From positions 1,240,001 to 1,304,000 of the forward strand of contig NW_027117338.1 in the NCBI RefSeq assembly GCF_038025025.1: a stretch of 64,000 nt of DNA. Direction: 5' to 3'. A model generated the notes under the pieces. It did no database searches. It worked only from the letters and a program-made list of their open reading frames with translations, and was not told the origin of the DNA. The DNA is from Phyllosticta citribraziliensis (taxonomy: Eukaryota). A program made the position numbers and the translations under genes. Shown here in pieces: positions 23,601 through 35,509 of this stretch; positions within the stretch are counted from its first letter, which is position 1, and each line of letters opens with the position of its first letter.

Positions 23601-26404
23601 TGCTAGAAATGCAATTCGTAGGTTGGCCAAAGAACAGGACCAAGGTGTCAGACAGTGCAGTGCTGGGGTGTGGGGAGCTCTGCCCTGGGTGGTGGGACGG
23701 AGATGAGGGGGTCGTTGGAGCTTCAACCCGACCTCGCCAATCGCGACTGGCTCTCATCGGTCCGACGTGATCTTATCCTCCCGTCTTCAACTCCCTCAGG
23801 CCATTCTCTTCAACTACGCCGCCTCCGTGCATCTCCGTCTGACTGCTCAGTACCATTCTCGGGCACCAACGCCCTCTCCTCCTCAGCATTCCATTTCCCA
23901 GGCCAAGCGCAGGGTCCAGCATGGCTTGCGTCCAAGGCTTCCATTTCACAAGGGGGGCAGTCTGGGAGCACTCGTCCGCCTCAACAGACAGCTAATCGGC
24001 AGAATGACAGGACTCTGTGTGCCACGACTGTCACCAGCTCGGTCATCAAATGCCCGCCGTCATCTCCTTGGCCCGTGAACACTGCAGCTCGAATGCGTGT
24101 CGGACCCGGACAAGCAACAGTGCCGCAGCAAACGGGCAACGGCCGGGTACCTTGCAGCCATGCCATGGGCCATTCGACTCCATCATGGGGTCCAACATGA
24201 CATGCAGCGTCGCATCTTCTCATCACGGCGTCCCGTGCAGCTGGGCGCTTGTGTATCACCTGTGCGACCCTCCGCCATGCCCGCTTTATTGACACTGCCA
24301 CTGCACTGGCCCCGAGCGTCGACCAAACCTCTCACTTGGCTTCGCTTTTCGTCGTGCTGTTGCAGCCTTCTCGTCATACCTACATGCGCCGGCCGGATTT
24401 CCTCTTTCTTTCCATGGTGGCGGACGCCCGAACCGACGAGGTTCGCAGCCCGACAGTCAATCCTGCATTGACGCCCCAAAAAGAACGCCATGTATTCTCC
24501 GACCACGTTGTCGTCGCCCCCTACGTCACGCTAGGCTGGCTGCCATCCATCCTGTCTCATGCAACCAGTGTACGCCGACCCGCCAGCCCGTGTGACGAAA
24601 CGGTGCCTGCCGCAGCCGCAGCCAGGCAAACGACGGCGTCCACGCGCGTCCACGCACCACCCGTGCCGGCCTCACCCCTTGTTTTGGTACGCCATCGCCG
24701 GGCGACACCAACCACCCGGTCCGCGCTTAGTCAAACGGGTTCCGGCCATGTGTCCAGCCCTACCTACCGTACGGTACCCTTTCCTGCGGCGTCACCAAGG
24801 GTGGCCGAGGGCCTGGCTAGCCGCTGGTGGGATGCTGGGCCCAACCCGGGATTTCATTCCAAATGCTGCTTCCGCGTTGCATGCGCCTCTCAAATACATA
24901 CATGCCCTCTGCCAATATCAATGCCCGGATCAGTCTACCTCAAAGAAGCGTCCACTGCTGCTTGTATGACCGCATATCCTTCTCCCCTTTCCCCCACGCA
25001 ATCTCGTTGCCCATCCATCCACCACTGACATGCCATCTTTTCCTTTTCCCCACGGTCAGGCCTCCCCCTTCTTCCCACGACAATGGTTCAATATAACGAT
25101 TCGCCCTTGAGTCGTCTTTGTAGTTTATTATAAGCACAGCCCCCTTCCCGTTGCGTCCCTGCCGCCGTCCCCTCCTGGCGCAACCTCTTTACAAAAAGGA
25201 AATGGAGCAGCAAGGAAAAAGCATCCGGTTCAAGAAGATTTTCCCTGTGTCCTCGCTCGCACAACACGGCGCTCGCAGTTATTGACTTTAATCAACCCCC
25301 CTCCCCCTTTTATCTCACCTCCAGGGAGCGTCACACAACATTTTATATGAGTTTGTCCACTCGCCATAGGACGAGGGAACTTGGCAGTTAGGCGCCTGCC
25401 TGGCCTGGGGTGGGCTGGTAGATGGGTGGCGTACTGCAAACAAGCCAATCCTCTAAGACGGGCGTCTTGCCCGCCATATACGCGCCCGCCCGCTCCAACT
25501 TGGGCCATGCTCCGCCTGCTTGTGTTTGGCACGTTGGCTCCCGGATTGCGTGTTGTATTTGTTATCCGACGAGGAGCTGGCATTTGAGTCTTCCCAGCCA
25601 TCCCCTTCGCTGCTTGTCGCTTTGTCTTACGCTTGCCTGGCGCTTGCCTGCATTCTCGCTTCTCTGCATTGATGTAGCAAACACAGGACGGCGAGTCAGT
25701 GAGAGACTGAATCTTTCTTGGATCGCAGTCCCCGTGCCTGTTCTCATGGAGATGGTCGTCGTGGCTTTTTGCCCTTCTCGTCTCGTGGTATTTGCATTTA
25801 ACTCTGGGTAAGCTGTTGATGTCCTCGTGGAAGTATATCTCTTCATGTTTGTCATCCAAAGGTTAGTCGTGCAGATTGCCGTGTGCTATGCGGTCAACTC
25901 CGAGTCTACAATTTCTGAGAGCTGAATTCGATTCTGAGAGCTTGTTTCTAAGGAGCTCCGGTCACTGCCATTGGTTCTTGGGCGCGAGCATGTTAGCAGA
26001 CCAGAGCTCCCTAGGCACAGCTGTGGCAATGAACGAATGCTCCTTGACAGTCGATCAAGTGGCATTTTCCTGACTACCGTTTCAAAATCATACATTTTCA
26101 AGAAATGTTGGTACAATATCCAGGAGAAGGTCGAAAGCAAGCCTGGAGGAAGAAGAGGAGCTGGGGAGCTTGGGCCACGGATCAGCACTAGAGCTTGCCT
26201 GTTGCGATGAGCTAACCGGCCAATCCGTGACCTTTCTGCATCTGGCCTGCCATCACCGCTCCTCACAACATCACGTCTGCGCGCGCGCACCTCGTCTCTT
26301 CTTGTTTCCCATCTATCCATCAATTGCTCCACTTCATTGCGCCTCCGCGATCCAAATCAAAAATAATTCCTCCAAGGCAAAGAAACGCGTAGGTCCCAGC
26401 CGCA

Positions 26405-29400
26405 ATGCCGCCCAAGAAGCGCAAGGCTGCTGCCACCGCGCAACCGGCCGCAGAAGCGACGACCCCCCGTGCGCGCCGTGGTGCTCCACCGGACGAGAAG
26501 CCTACCGCGTCGGCGACGCGTTCGAGGCGCGGCACCATCAACGCCGCCGAGCCTGAAGTTGAATTGCCTACGAGGAAGAAGCCTGGCCGTCCCGCAAAAG
26601 CTGCCTCCACTGCCGCGAAGCCTGCGACTGCACCCGCCCCCGCTGCCCGACGTGGTCGCCCGCCCAAGAACGACAAAGGTGCTGATGACGTGGAAGACAC
26701 TGCGCAAGTCGAGACACGCGCTGATCCGAAGCCGGAGCAAGAGACTGGGTGCGGAAGAGGCCGAGGACGACCGGCGAAGAATGCTGCTGAGCCTGCCTCT
26801 TCTGCTGCTCCAGATCCTGCGCCCAAGAGAGGACGGCCAGGACGCAAGGCCGCGCCGGCGGCGGAGACCGAGGCTGAGGTAGTAGAGGACAAGCCCAAAG
26901 ACGCGCCGAAGAAACGGAACCGCAGGTCTACGCTCATTCCGGAGCCTGTCGAGGAGCCACCCAAGGAATCGGCGGCGACGCGCGGCCGTGGGAGAAGCGT
27001 CGCCAATGACGCGCCGAGTAAACAAGAGACGGTCGAGGAGACTGAACCACCAAAGAGGCGCGGCAGACCTCCAGTCAAGAACAAGTCTGCTAAGGAGGAG
27101 CCGGCTCTACCCGTTCGACGTGGTCGCGCGGCTGCTGCTCCAGCAGCAGAAACTCCAGTCGAACCTGCCCCAAAGCGCCGCGGTAGGGGCGCTGCCAAGG
27201 CTGTCGAGCAGCAACCAGAGATCGAACAGCCCAAAAGACGCGGACGTGCTGCGGCCAAGGCTACGGATGAAGAACCTGCCGCTGCTGGTGTACCAAAGAA
27301 GCGCGGCAGACCGGCCGCACCAAAGCCTGAGGAGACAGTTGCTGAAAAGCCGTCAACTCAGACCAAGAAACGTGGCAGACCTGTCCAGGAAAAGGTCGAG
27401 GAAGCACCTGAGCGACCTACCAAGAGCGTTAGGACGGCATCTGTTCCTGTGAAGAAGACCACTCGCGCTGCCGCCGAGCCTCGCAACAAGGGAACTGCGT
27501 CTACTGCTCAACCAAAAGCGGCAATGAAGGCTGCTGAAGCGCCCAAGAAGCGCGGAAGGCCAGCGGCGACTCAAGCCGAACCTACCCCGAAAACGAATGC
27601 AAAGGCACCAAAAGCTTCAAAGGCTGAAGCTGCGCCCAAGATTGCTGCTGGTCCCAAGCGTCCTGGCCGTCCTGCAAAGGCAGCTCAGCCTTCTGCTCCA
27701 GAGACTGCCAAGAGCACAAAGCGCAAGAGGACCGTGGCAGAGACGTCGGCTACTGAAGAGCCTCAACCAAAACGTCGCGGACGCCCGCCAGGAAGCAAGA
27801 ACAAGGTCACGGAGACGGGCACTTCATCAAAGACTGAGAAGGCGCTGAAGGCTGGAGCGAAATCTGCTGGCCCCACAAAGAAGTCCACAATCCCCAAGGA
27901 GAAGCCTGCGGCCCCGAAGCCGAAGGCGGACACCAGCTCTACTGCCATCGAGCGTGACCCGGACACGGGTGTTGCTCACTGGCTGATGAAGGCTGAGCCC
28001 GATTCGCGCCTTGAGAATGGCGTGGATGTCAAGTTCTCCATTGACGACCTTGCAGCTGCGACTGAGCCGGAGGCTTGGGACGGCGTTCGCAACCATGTGG
28101 CTAAGAACAACATGATGTCAATGAAGAAAGGCGACTTGGCCTTTTTCTACCACTCCAATTGCAAGACGCCCGGCATCGCAGGTATCATGGAAATCGTCGA
28201 AGAAGCTGCGCCCGACGAGAGTGCCTTTGATTCCAAGCATCCGTACTACGACTCCAAGTCCAGCCGCGACAAGCCCACCTGGCACTGCGTCAAGGTGGCC
28301 TTCCGCAGCAAGTTTCAGCATCCTGAGCGCTTGACTTTGACTGCCCTCAAGCCCTTGGCCGCCGACGACGGACCCTTGGCGAATATGCAGCTTTTCAAGC
28401 AGAGCCGTCTTAGCGTCAGCAAAGTCAGTCGGAGCGAGTGGGATTTCATCACCTCGCATGCCACCGGTGGAACTGAAGATCTCGCCGCCGACGAGCCCAT
28501 CTTGGTCGAAGAGGACGTCCCAGAGGCTCCCAATGGTGCTGCAAATGCCGAGGCTGGCCTTGAGCATGCGGACCAGGTGGAGGACGAGCACGCCGCAAGT
28601 GACAGTAGCGAACCCAGCCAGGCGCAACCCGATGATGACCAGCTTGAGCTGACTATTGGCACGCCAAAGGGTGCGGCGGCCCTGCTTGAGGCTTCTGAAG
28701 AGCCAGAGGCAGACACCACGATCGCTGATGCCACGCTCGTCACGGCTCAGGAGGAGAGCTCCATTGTCCAGGAGAATGGCGTTACGACAGCCATGGTCAC
28801 TCGCGAGACCATCGTCGAGACATCGACAGTGAATGACATCGAAGCTGCCGAGACTGGGGACGACCTCCCCTCCGAGGAGAGTGATGGTGAAGAGGACTTG
28901 TCGCCATCTACTGATGATGCCGAAGGCGAAGCTATTCCCTCCAAGCCGGCGGATGGCGCTGAGCAGCAGACCGTCTCTTGGGAATCCTCGCCGCCTGCAC
29001 AGGCTGTCCGCAGCCCCTCTTTGCAGCCGCACGTCGAAGACGCTGGCGACGGTAACGATGTTGTCGAGGCGACGCAGCCAGGTGAAGAGCAAGGCGAGCC
29101 GGCACCGTCGAACACCCAGGCTGCCACGGACGCAATTGCGCCAAACGTCTCCTCGTCGTTCGGCACCAGCAGCGGCGGTGTGCCCAACGACGAAAACGCG
29201 CCGCCTTCTTCGTTTGAAAACAACGACCATGGCAACCACGCAACGACTGTGTCTGCGTCTGCTGCCGCGGACCTCCCTGTCGACGAAGACCTCGACGCCT
29301 CTGCCATGGACTTCGAGATGACGGGCGCCGCTGGCTTTGATGACGCTGCGCAGAAGCAGGTTTTGGCTGAGCTGGAACCCTCGTCTGCTTCGGTGGCTGC

Positions 29401-29485
29401 GGCGCAGCAGCAGCAGGGGGAGCAGTCGACGGGTTTGCCCAGAGGCTTTGGCTTCGGCATCTTCGGCGGAAGCAATGGATTGTAA
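26405..29485 (+). CDS. Multi-AT-hook protein with EVE (THYN1/Thy28-like) domain and acidic C-terminal tail
   Basis: Intronless 1026-aa ORF with ten GRP-core AT-hook-like motifs in a basic N-terminal half. EVE domain HWLMKAEP...KFSIDDL...WDGVRN...MKKGDLAFFYHSNC..PGIAG...HPYYD...RLSVSKV..EWDFI at about 27977-28450. Confidence 0.92.
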   Translation: MPPKKRKAAATAQPAAEATTPRARRGAPPDEKPTASATRSRRGTINAAEPEVELPTRKKPGRPAKAASTAAKPATAPAPAARRGRPPKNDKGADDVEDTAQVETRADPKPEQETGCGRGRGRPAKNAAEPASSAAPDPAPKRGRPGRKAAPAAETEAEVVEDKPKDAPKKRNRRSTLIPEPVEEPPKESAATRGRGRSVANDAPSKQETVEETEPPKRRGRPPVKNKSAKEEPALPVRRGRAAAAPAAETPVEPAPKRRGRGAAKAVEQQPEIEQPKRRGRAAAKATDEEPAAAGVPKKRGRPAAPKPEETVAEKPSTQTKKRGRPVQEKVEEAPERPTKSVRTASVPVKKTTRAAAEPRNKGTASTAQPKAAMKAAEAPKKRGRPAATQAEPTPKTNAKAPKASKAEAAPKIAAGPKRPGRPAKAAQPSAPETAKSTKRKRTVAETSATEEPQPKRRGRPPGSKNKVTETGTSSKTEKALKAGAKSAGPTKKSTIPKEKPAAPKPKADTSSTAIERDPDTGVAHWLMKAEPDSRLENGVDVKFSIDDLAAATEPEAWDGVRNHVAKNNMMSMKKGDLAFFYHSNCKTPGIAGIMEIVEEAAPDESAFDSKHPYYDSKSSRDKPTWHCVKVAFRSKFQHPERLTLTALKPLAADDGPLANMQLFKQSRLSVSKVSRSEWDFITSHATGGTEDLAADEPILVEEDVPEAPNGAANAEAGLEHADQVEDEHAASDSSEPSQAQPDDDQLELTIGTPKGAAALLEASEEPEADTTIADATLVTAQEESSIVQENGVTTAMVTRETIVETSTVNDIEAAETGDDLPSEESDGEEDLSPSTDDAEGEAIPSKPADGAEQQTVSWESSPPAQAVRSPSLQPHVEDAGDGNDVVEATQPGEEQGEPAPSNTQAATDAIAPNVSSSFGTSSGGVPNDENAPPSSFENNDHGNHATTVSASAAADLPVDEDLDASAMDFEMTGAAGFDDAAQKQVLAELEPSSASVAAAQQQQGEQSTGLPRGFGFGIFGGSNGL

Positions 29486-29494
29486 GCGGTGCGA

Positions 29495-29522
29495 GACTCG
29501 ACTCGACTCGACTCGACTTGAC
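29495..29522. repeat. (GACTC)n pentanucleotide microsatellite in 3' UTR
   Basis: gactcgactcgactcgactcgacttgac lies just after the stop codon of the EVE gene. Confidence 0.85.
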
Positions 29523-30464
29523 TGCGATGTGGTGGATGTGATCAGAGATGACAAAAAGGGGCTGGATGTTGAAACGGAAGGAATGAGGGCGATGGCTAAA
29601 ATGATTGATGGACTGATGGCTTGAACGTGTGTGTCGCTGTGAGGGGCTAGCTGAGTACGGTTGTGGTTGTAGTGGTGGTCCTGTTTCTATTTCGTCAATG
29701 GGTGGGGATGGCTAGTAGGCGTTATGTTATGGCTTTGCTGAATTTCTTGTGCCCATTCATTGGTTGCTCTCGATTCATATTTCGTATCCTTAGTTTTGTT
29801 GTCTCCTTGTGTCCGTTGATCTCTGCTTGCGTTGTGGTGTGGCCGCATCCGTGTCGGTTGTGTTTGACGTGGAAAGCGTGGGCAAGTGGGCGGCAGTAGT
29901 TGCAATCTCAAAAAAGCAAGCATCAAGAATCGGTATTGAGAAACGTTCTGTGAAGCGCTTCTGGACTATTATGAAATCATTTGCCGGTGACCGCTGTCAT
30001 CCTGCGACGACATGCTTCTTCGTAAATACTCCGCTTGCTCCAATCGTGTTGAGCATGTGGAGTGTTACTTCGGCAACGTGGACTAGCCGTCGTGATACCA
30101 TTTCAAAGTCTCGGTCCGCTATTCTCCGCTTCCTTCATTTTCTTGTTGCAGAATCTAATTTTCATCGTGGCAGGACCGGGGAAGCTGTCCCAGCCACAGA
30201 GGGAGCAGTCGCAATCATTGGTGAGGGGAAATCTGCAACACACAAGGCAAGAGTCAACATTTACGGACACAATGTCTGTCCTGGAAGGAGTAGAATGATT
30301 TCTGCTGCAGTTCAAACGGCTATGGAGCACTTGGCTCGTCTACATGATGCCCTGCTCAGAAATTCGTGATCGGATTGCAGAGGTGTCAAATAATTCAATG
30401 GATAGTCGCAGCCAACTGATCCCGCATCACCATCTTGGTGTTCGACGAACTACGGAAAAGCCGC

Positions 30465-32436
30465 TCAATGCGGCTTATCCTCATCTTGCGCAAAGTGCTC
30501 CCTGCAGTGTTCAGATCAGTAAGTACACACGCTTGCTTTAGCCACGGGCGAACAGAAAGGGAGCACGTACCGTGCCCAAGGCGAACGCAACCGGATCGCC
30601 TCGCCCTTGTAGAAGAAGACAAACGGAATGGGTATCATGAGCAGACTGAGAAACGCGAGCAGAGAGCTGGCCCACTCCAAGCCCAGCGTCTGGTACATTT
30701 GCTTGGCGAACAGGGGGAAGCCGGCACCGACCTGGTTGTTGTTAGTTTTCATCCATAGCATCGAGACGACAGGAACTGAAATTCGTAGGGGGACTTGTTG
30801 GACGTACGACGTTGCGAACCAAGATGACTCCCGCAAGCGCCGAGGCACTATACGTCTGATAGCTGTCGACGACGTAGTTGAGCACAGCAAGGATGATGAT
30901 ATAGATGCCGGTCCCGAAAAAGACGGATCCGATGATTGGCACGATCCAGCTGCAAAAGCCCCCGACGGTCAGTAAGGATGCTCCTCTTCATCGTTCAAGG
31001 ACCACTTACTGCACGCTCTTGTAACTCGTCCACGCAAACCAGAACAACGAGATTGGCAGCAGAAAAGTGCCGAACCGCGCCATCCACATGCGCGCCTCGG
31101 GACACCCCTTGCCTTTGTTCTCCCTCACTCTCTTCAGATAGTACCGCTCCTGTAGCGGATGCAGCACGGCTCCGAGCAGCGATCCGATCCCTATCCCGAG
31201 AAATGCTAGACCCCACTGCCCCGAATTGAAGCCGTGTCCCGTCGGCCCAAAGACAAGTGGGAAAGCCTCGTTGAAGAGGTAGACTATGCCGTAGATGAAA
31301 CCGTTGTAGGCAGCAGCCGCAGTGGTGATGGGTTCCGTGAAAAGGAAGCGGATGGGCCGGGTCAGGGTGATGGCAACGAGCGTGTGCAGGCTTTTCTTCT
31401 CGTCCGAATTGGCGTCGCGGACGTTGGAGGCGGCGGTGTCCAAGCCTTCTTTGCGGAGACGCTTGCGGAGGCGCGATGTCTTGCGTTCCAGGATGATGGA
31501 GTGGCGGGTTTCAGGGACCGTGAGCTGTACTCAATCAGAAAACGTTGTTTGGCGTCTTGGGATCGTTCAAGCGCTTCTTACCGCGAAAATCACCCAGAAT
31601 CCTCCACAGACGATCATGTCCACCCAGAAGATCCACCTCCACCCTTTTTCAAGAGCAATGTATCCGCTGATGACAAGTGCCAGTGGTGGCCCAAAAGTGG
31701 AGCTCAAGCCATAAATGGCCATTGGCCGACCGCACTCATTCCTCGACCACAAATCACTGACCGTCCCGCCAGTATTGGTTAAGGGTGCGCTGCCAAAGAA
31801 TCCCAGAATGAAGCGACAGACGATGATGGTTCCAATGTTTGGTGCCAGTGCCACGGGGATCTGAAAGATGACCAGGAGCAACCAGGACGAGATGTAGACC
31901 GGGTTGCGTCCGTAGTATTCGGAGAGAGGAGCGAGTAGGACTGGTCCAATGGCGAAGCCGAGAATGTACATGGAAAGGCAAAGAGTGGTCACTTCGCTGG
32001 AGACATTGAAGGTTGCGGCAATGTCTTCGGCCCCAGAGGATATGCCACCCGCGCAAAGGCATCTGTGCGGCCGTCAGCATAAGCAGGTACAGTGAAGTGC
32101 CTTGGGGACATGCGTGAGAATGTTCAACATGCTTGCAGAACATGTAATGTACCACTTCTTCCACTTGGGCCAATCTCTCGGATTGTCAAGATCTTCGTTT
32201 CCATATGTGATATAAATGGGCTCAGTGTCGTTGGGATTCTGCTTCGCCCGCTCGAGAGCTTGTCCCTCAGAGAGTAACGTCCGCGCCTTTGTCGCCGAGC
32301 CATGGGTGCCACCAGGAGAGTTGGCGTCCACAATGCCAGAGTTGGACGATTTTTTCGAGTGTTTCGAGTCGATATCCTTTTCCAGTCTCGCCAAGTCTGG
32401 GCGGGCCGCACTGTAGTCGTTCTTTTCCATGCTCAT
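30465..32436 (-). CDS. MFS multidrug transporter, DHA1 family
   Basis: [71 protein letters not shown] and [13 protein letters not shown] motifs. Five introns, the first GC-AG; ends [11 protein letters not shown]. Confidence 0.93.
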
Positions 32437-33285
32437 GATAGCTCTACTTCGTCGAAAGAGACAAAACCAAGGCGGGTAGGAAGGATTAGAGCGAACACCT
32501 CAAGACACGCAAGTGAAGACCGACGGAGAAAAGACGAGGAGTGGCCATGACCGGCCATGGACCCTACTTCGTCGCACCAGACCAACCACTGGCCTGGGGA
32601 CCAACTGACCGTAATTTTGGTGGAGCCGCTTACCCCAAGCTCCGCATCAACTCCACACGGAGACGTCTCTACCACCGCCACTTCGTCAGCTAAGTGACTT
32701 GTTGGAAAGTCGCGCTAGGTCTACGGTTTTAGTGCAGGAATGACGTGAATCAGCGTCCAAGAGAGCAGTCACTGTGGAGTGGAGCCGAGCACGGGAATAA
32801 CAGCGAAGATCTCGGGTTGCCTGTTCCGTCGATGCAAAAAGCTTGGGAAAGCTTGAGTGGACAAGCTTTGATGCTGGACCCACCACGGCTATGCGGCTCG
32901 AAAATGATTACGCAGACGCAAAATGGACAGATTGTTGATGGTCGACGCCAGCCGGTGACGAGAGCAAGGACCCGCCGCCACTCGACGTCATCTTACCTTC
33001 AGAGCCCACCCTCGAGTACCGTCTCTTCCTCAGCTCATCCGCCGAACACAGGAGTTTATCATCGAATCTACGGTCAATTCAGGTCGAAGTCCTAATGCCA
33101 TAACGACGCAGGAAAGCCGACAACTGGATGGTCCAATGAAAAGAGCCGGTGTTTTGACTTCTATCGCTTTTTGGTATTTGATTCTCGGTGGTCCTCTAGA
33201 CCTATCCCCTCAAAGTAAGCCACGCATTTACGCCAAAGGATCAAACATCGGGCATCAACAAATACAACAAACAACGTTTACCAAA

Positions 33286-35296
33286 TCATTCCCTGAGGAA
33301 CATTTGGTACACTGGGTTCTCGGTCTCCTCCTTGAAGGGGTAACCAGTGCGCTGCAAAAATTCCCTGAGCTCTCCCTCTTTGCCAGGTGGGCACTGGATA
33401 GCCGCCAGAATCTTCGCAACATCACCGCCGTGGTTCCGGTAGTGGAAAAGCGAGATGTTGAGGTCTGGTTGCAGAACAGTAAGGAACTTGTGAAGCGCTC
33501 CTTGCCTCTCCGGGAATTCGAAAGTGTACAGCCGCTCGTCCGCAACACCAGAGCGTCCTCCGACGAGATAACGAATATGACTTTTGGCGACCTCATCACC
33601 GGACAGATCCTGAGCCTGCATACCGTCCTTCTCGAGACGGGTCAAAAGATCGGCCAGGTCTTGGGCACGATTGGCTGGGCTGAGCGCAACACCAATAAGC
33701 ACATTGGCCTTGGTGGCTGTTGCATACCTATAAGCGAACTCGGTACAAGCCATGGGGTGGACAGCCTTTATGAGGTTTGCGAATGCTCCAGGGCGCTCAG
33801 GGATGGTGACTGAAAGGAGGGCCTCCTTGCGCTCACCAAGCGCGGCACGCTCGGCGACAAAACGCAGCCGGTCAAAGTTCATGTTGGCGCCCGACGCAAT
33901 GGCGATGAGACCACGGTTGGCATCTGGCGACGGGTTGTTGGCCACGTACTTCTTGAGACCGGCCAAGGCAAGCGCTCCAGCGGGCTCAACAATGGATCTC
34001 GTGTCCTCAAAGACGTCCTTGATGGCGGCGCAAGTCTCGTCCGTTGAAACTTGGATGACTTCGTCGACGACCTCTTGACAGATGCGGAAAGTCTCTTCAC
34101 CAACGTTCTTGACGGCAGCACCATCCGCGAACAGACCGACCTCGTTCAAGACGACGCGTTTGCCCTCTTTGAGTGACTGGACCATGGCGTTGGCGTCGTG
34201 GGTCTCCACACCAATGATCTTGACGTGAGGCGCAATCCGCTTGATGTATACACCAATACCGGCAATGAGTCCACCGCCGCCAACGCAGCAGAAAATGGCC
34301 TCGAGCTCTTGCAGGTTCGTTTGTCTAAGAATTTCCATGCCAATGGTTCCTTGGCCAGCAATGACGTACGGGTCGTCGAAGGGTGCAATGGAAACCAAGC
34401 CGTGCTGCTTCTCTATTCTATGCGCCTCTTCCTTTGCAGCATCAAAGTCGGGTCCGTGGAGGACGACGTGTCCACCCAGTCTCGAGACGTTCTTGTGTTT
34501 GATGTCCGGAGTGCCCTGGGGCATGACGATGGTCGCGGGGATTTTGAGTTTGCGCGCAGAGTAGGCAACGCCCTGGGCATGGTTTCCTGGCAAGTGTCAA
34601 CAATCGCAGTGGCTCACAAGATCGTACTTCGCACCTGCTGAGCAAGCGACGACGCCCTTGAAGCTCTGGCTCTTGTCCAAGTGTGCCATCTTGTTGTATG
34701 CGCCGCGCAGTTTGAAGCTGAAGACGGGCTGGAGGTCCTCGCGCTTCAACAGGACCCTCGATTCGAGGCGATTGCTGAGGTTGATGGCATGGGTCAAGGG
34801 GGTCTCCTCGACGACTTCGTAGACGCGCGAGGTGAGGATGAGGCGCAAGTACTGGTCGGCAGTCAGATCATCGCATCATGACTGGTCTGGAAGAAAGCCC
34901 TACATCAGGATATCCATTGGGCAGGAGGAAATGCTCGGGGACTTGGAATTGCGGGTGTCCGTTAGGAGTCGACGACGAGTTTGGTGACGGGTTGGCGGCA
35001 TATTCAGTCAGGGAAAATCCGCTGACGTTTGGCGCTGGAGTGGTTGGCGTCTTTGTGCCATTGGATCGCGGCTCGGAGGTCGAAGGGACGGCCATGGGGG
35101 ATTCGAGGGTCTCGGGGTAGTTTGATGCGAGCAGCAGGGTCGAGGGCGTGTAGAAGCGTTGCTGGGAGGTTGTTTTGCCCAACGCATTCCCCAAGAAGGC
35201 GTGCGTCAGAGGGAGAGCGCGTCGCGCAGAGGCGCGGGCCGAGGCCGCTACTGACTCGCGTCCCCGCAAAAAGGTGCGCACCGCCTGTCGCGCCAT
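33286..35296 (-). CDS. ILV1: Threonine dehydratase (threonine ammonia-lyase, biosynthetic)
   Basis: [20 protein letters not shown] (PLP lysine), [38 protein letters not shown], and two ACT-like domains ([16 protein letters not shown]). Introns 34852-34903 and 34587-34634. The start may be 35296 or 35095. Confidence 0.96.
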
Positions 35297-35435
35297 TCGG
35301 GACTGTCCTTGAGCTCGAGAAACCAACACCATCATTGACAGTTCCATCCTTTACCACGGCCCGCCAGACGAAGTCGCATTTGTACTCGCTCGGTTGCCGA
35401 AAAACTACCGACTCATGGTGGATCCGCCTGGCTCT

Positions 35436-35443
35436 TTATAAAC
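35436..35443. promoter_or_regulatory. Palindromic TTTATAAA TATA-like element in the short ILV1/MED8 divergent intergenic region
   Basis: It reads TATAAA on both strands, between divergent starts only about 210 bp apart. Confidence 0.4.
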
Positions 35444-35509
35444 CCAAAATCCCGCGCGCCATCGGACCTTTTCCTCTGCTCCCATCACATCACCTCAGCC
35501 GATCTCGCC

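Noticed and set aside
23650..26400. ORFs such as 24249-25028 and 25230-25859
   Set aside because: No recognisable motifs; consistent with a divergent promoter and UTR region.
26320..29554. Long antisense ORFs (312, 478 and 242 aa) opposite the AT-hook/EVE gene
   Set aside because: Expected shadow ORFs of a GC-rich, codon-biased gene.
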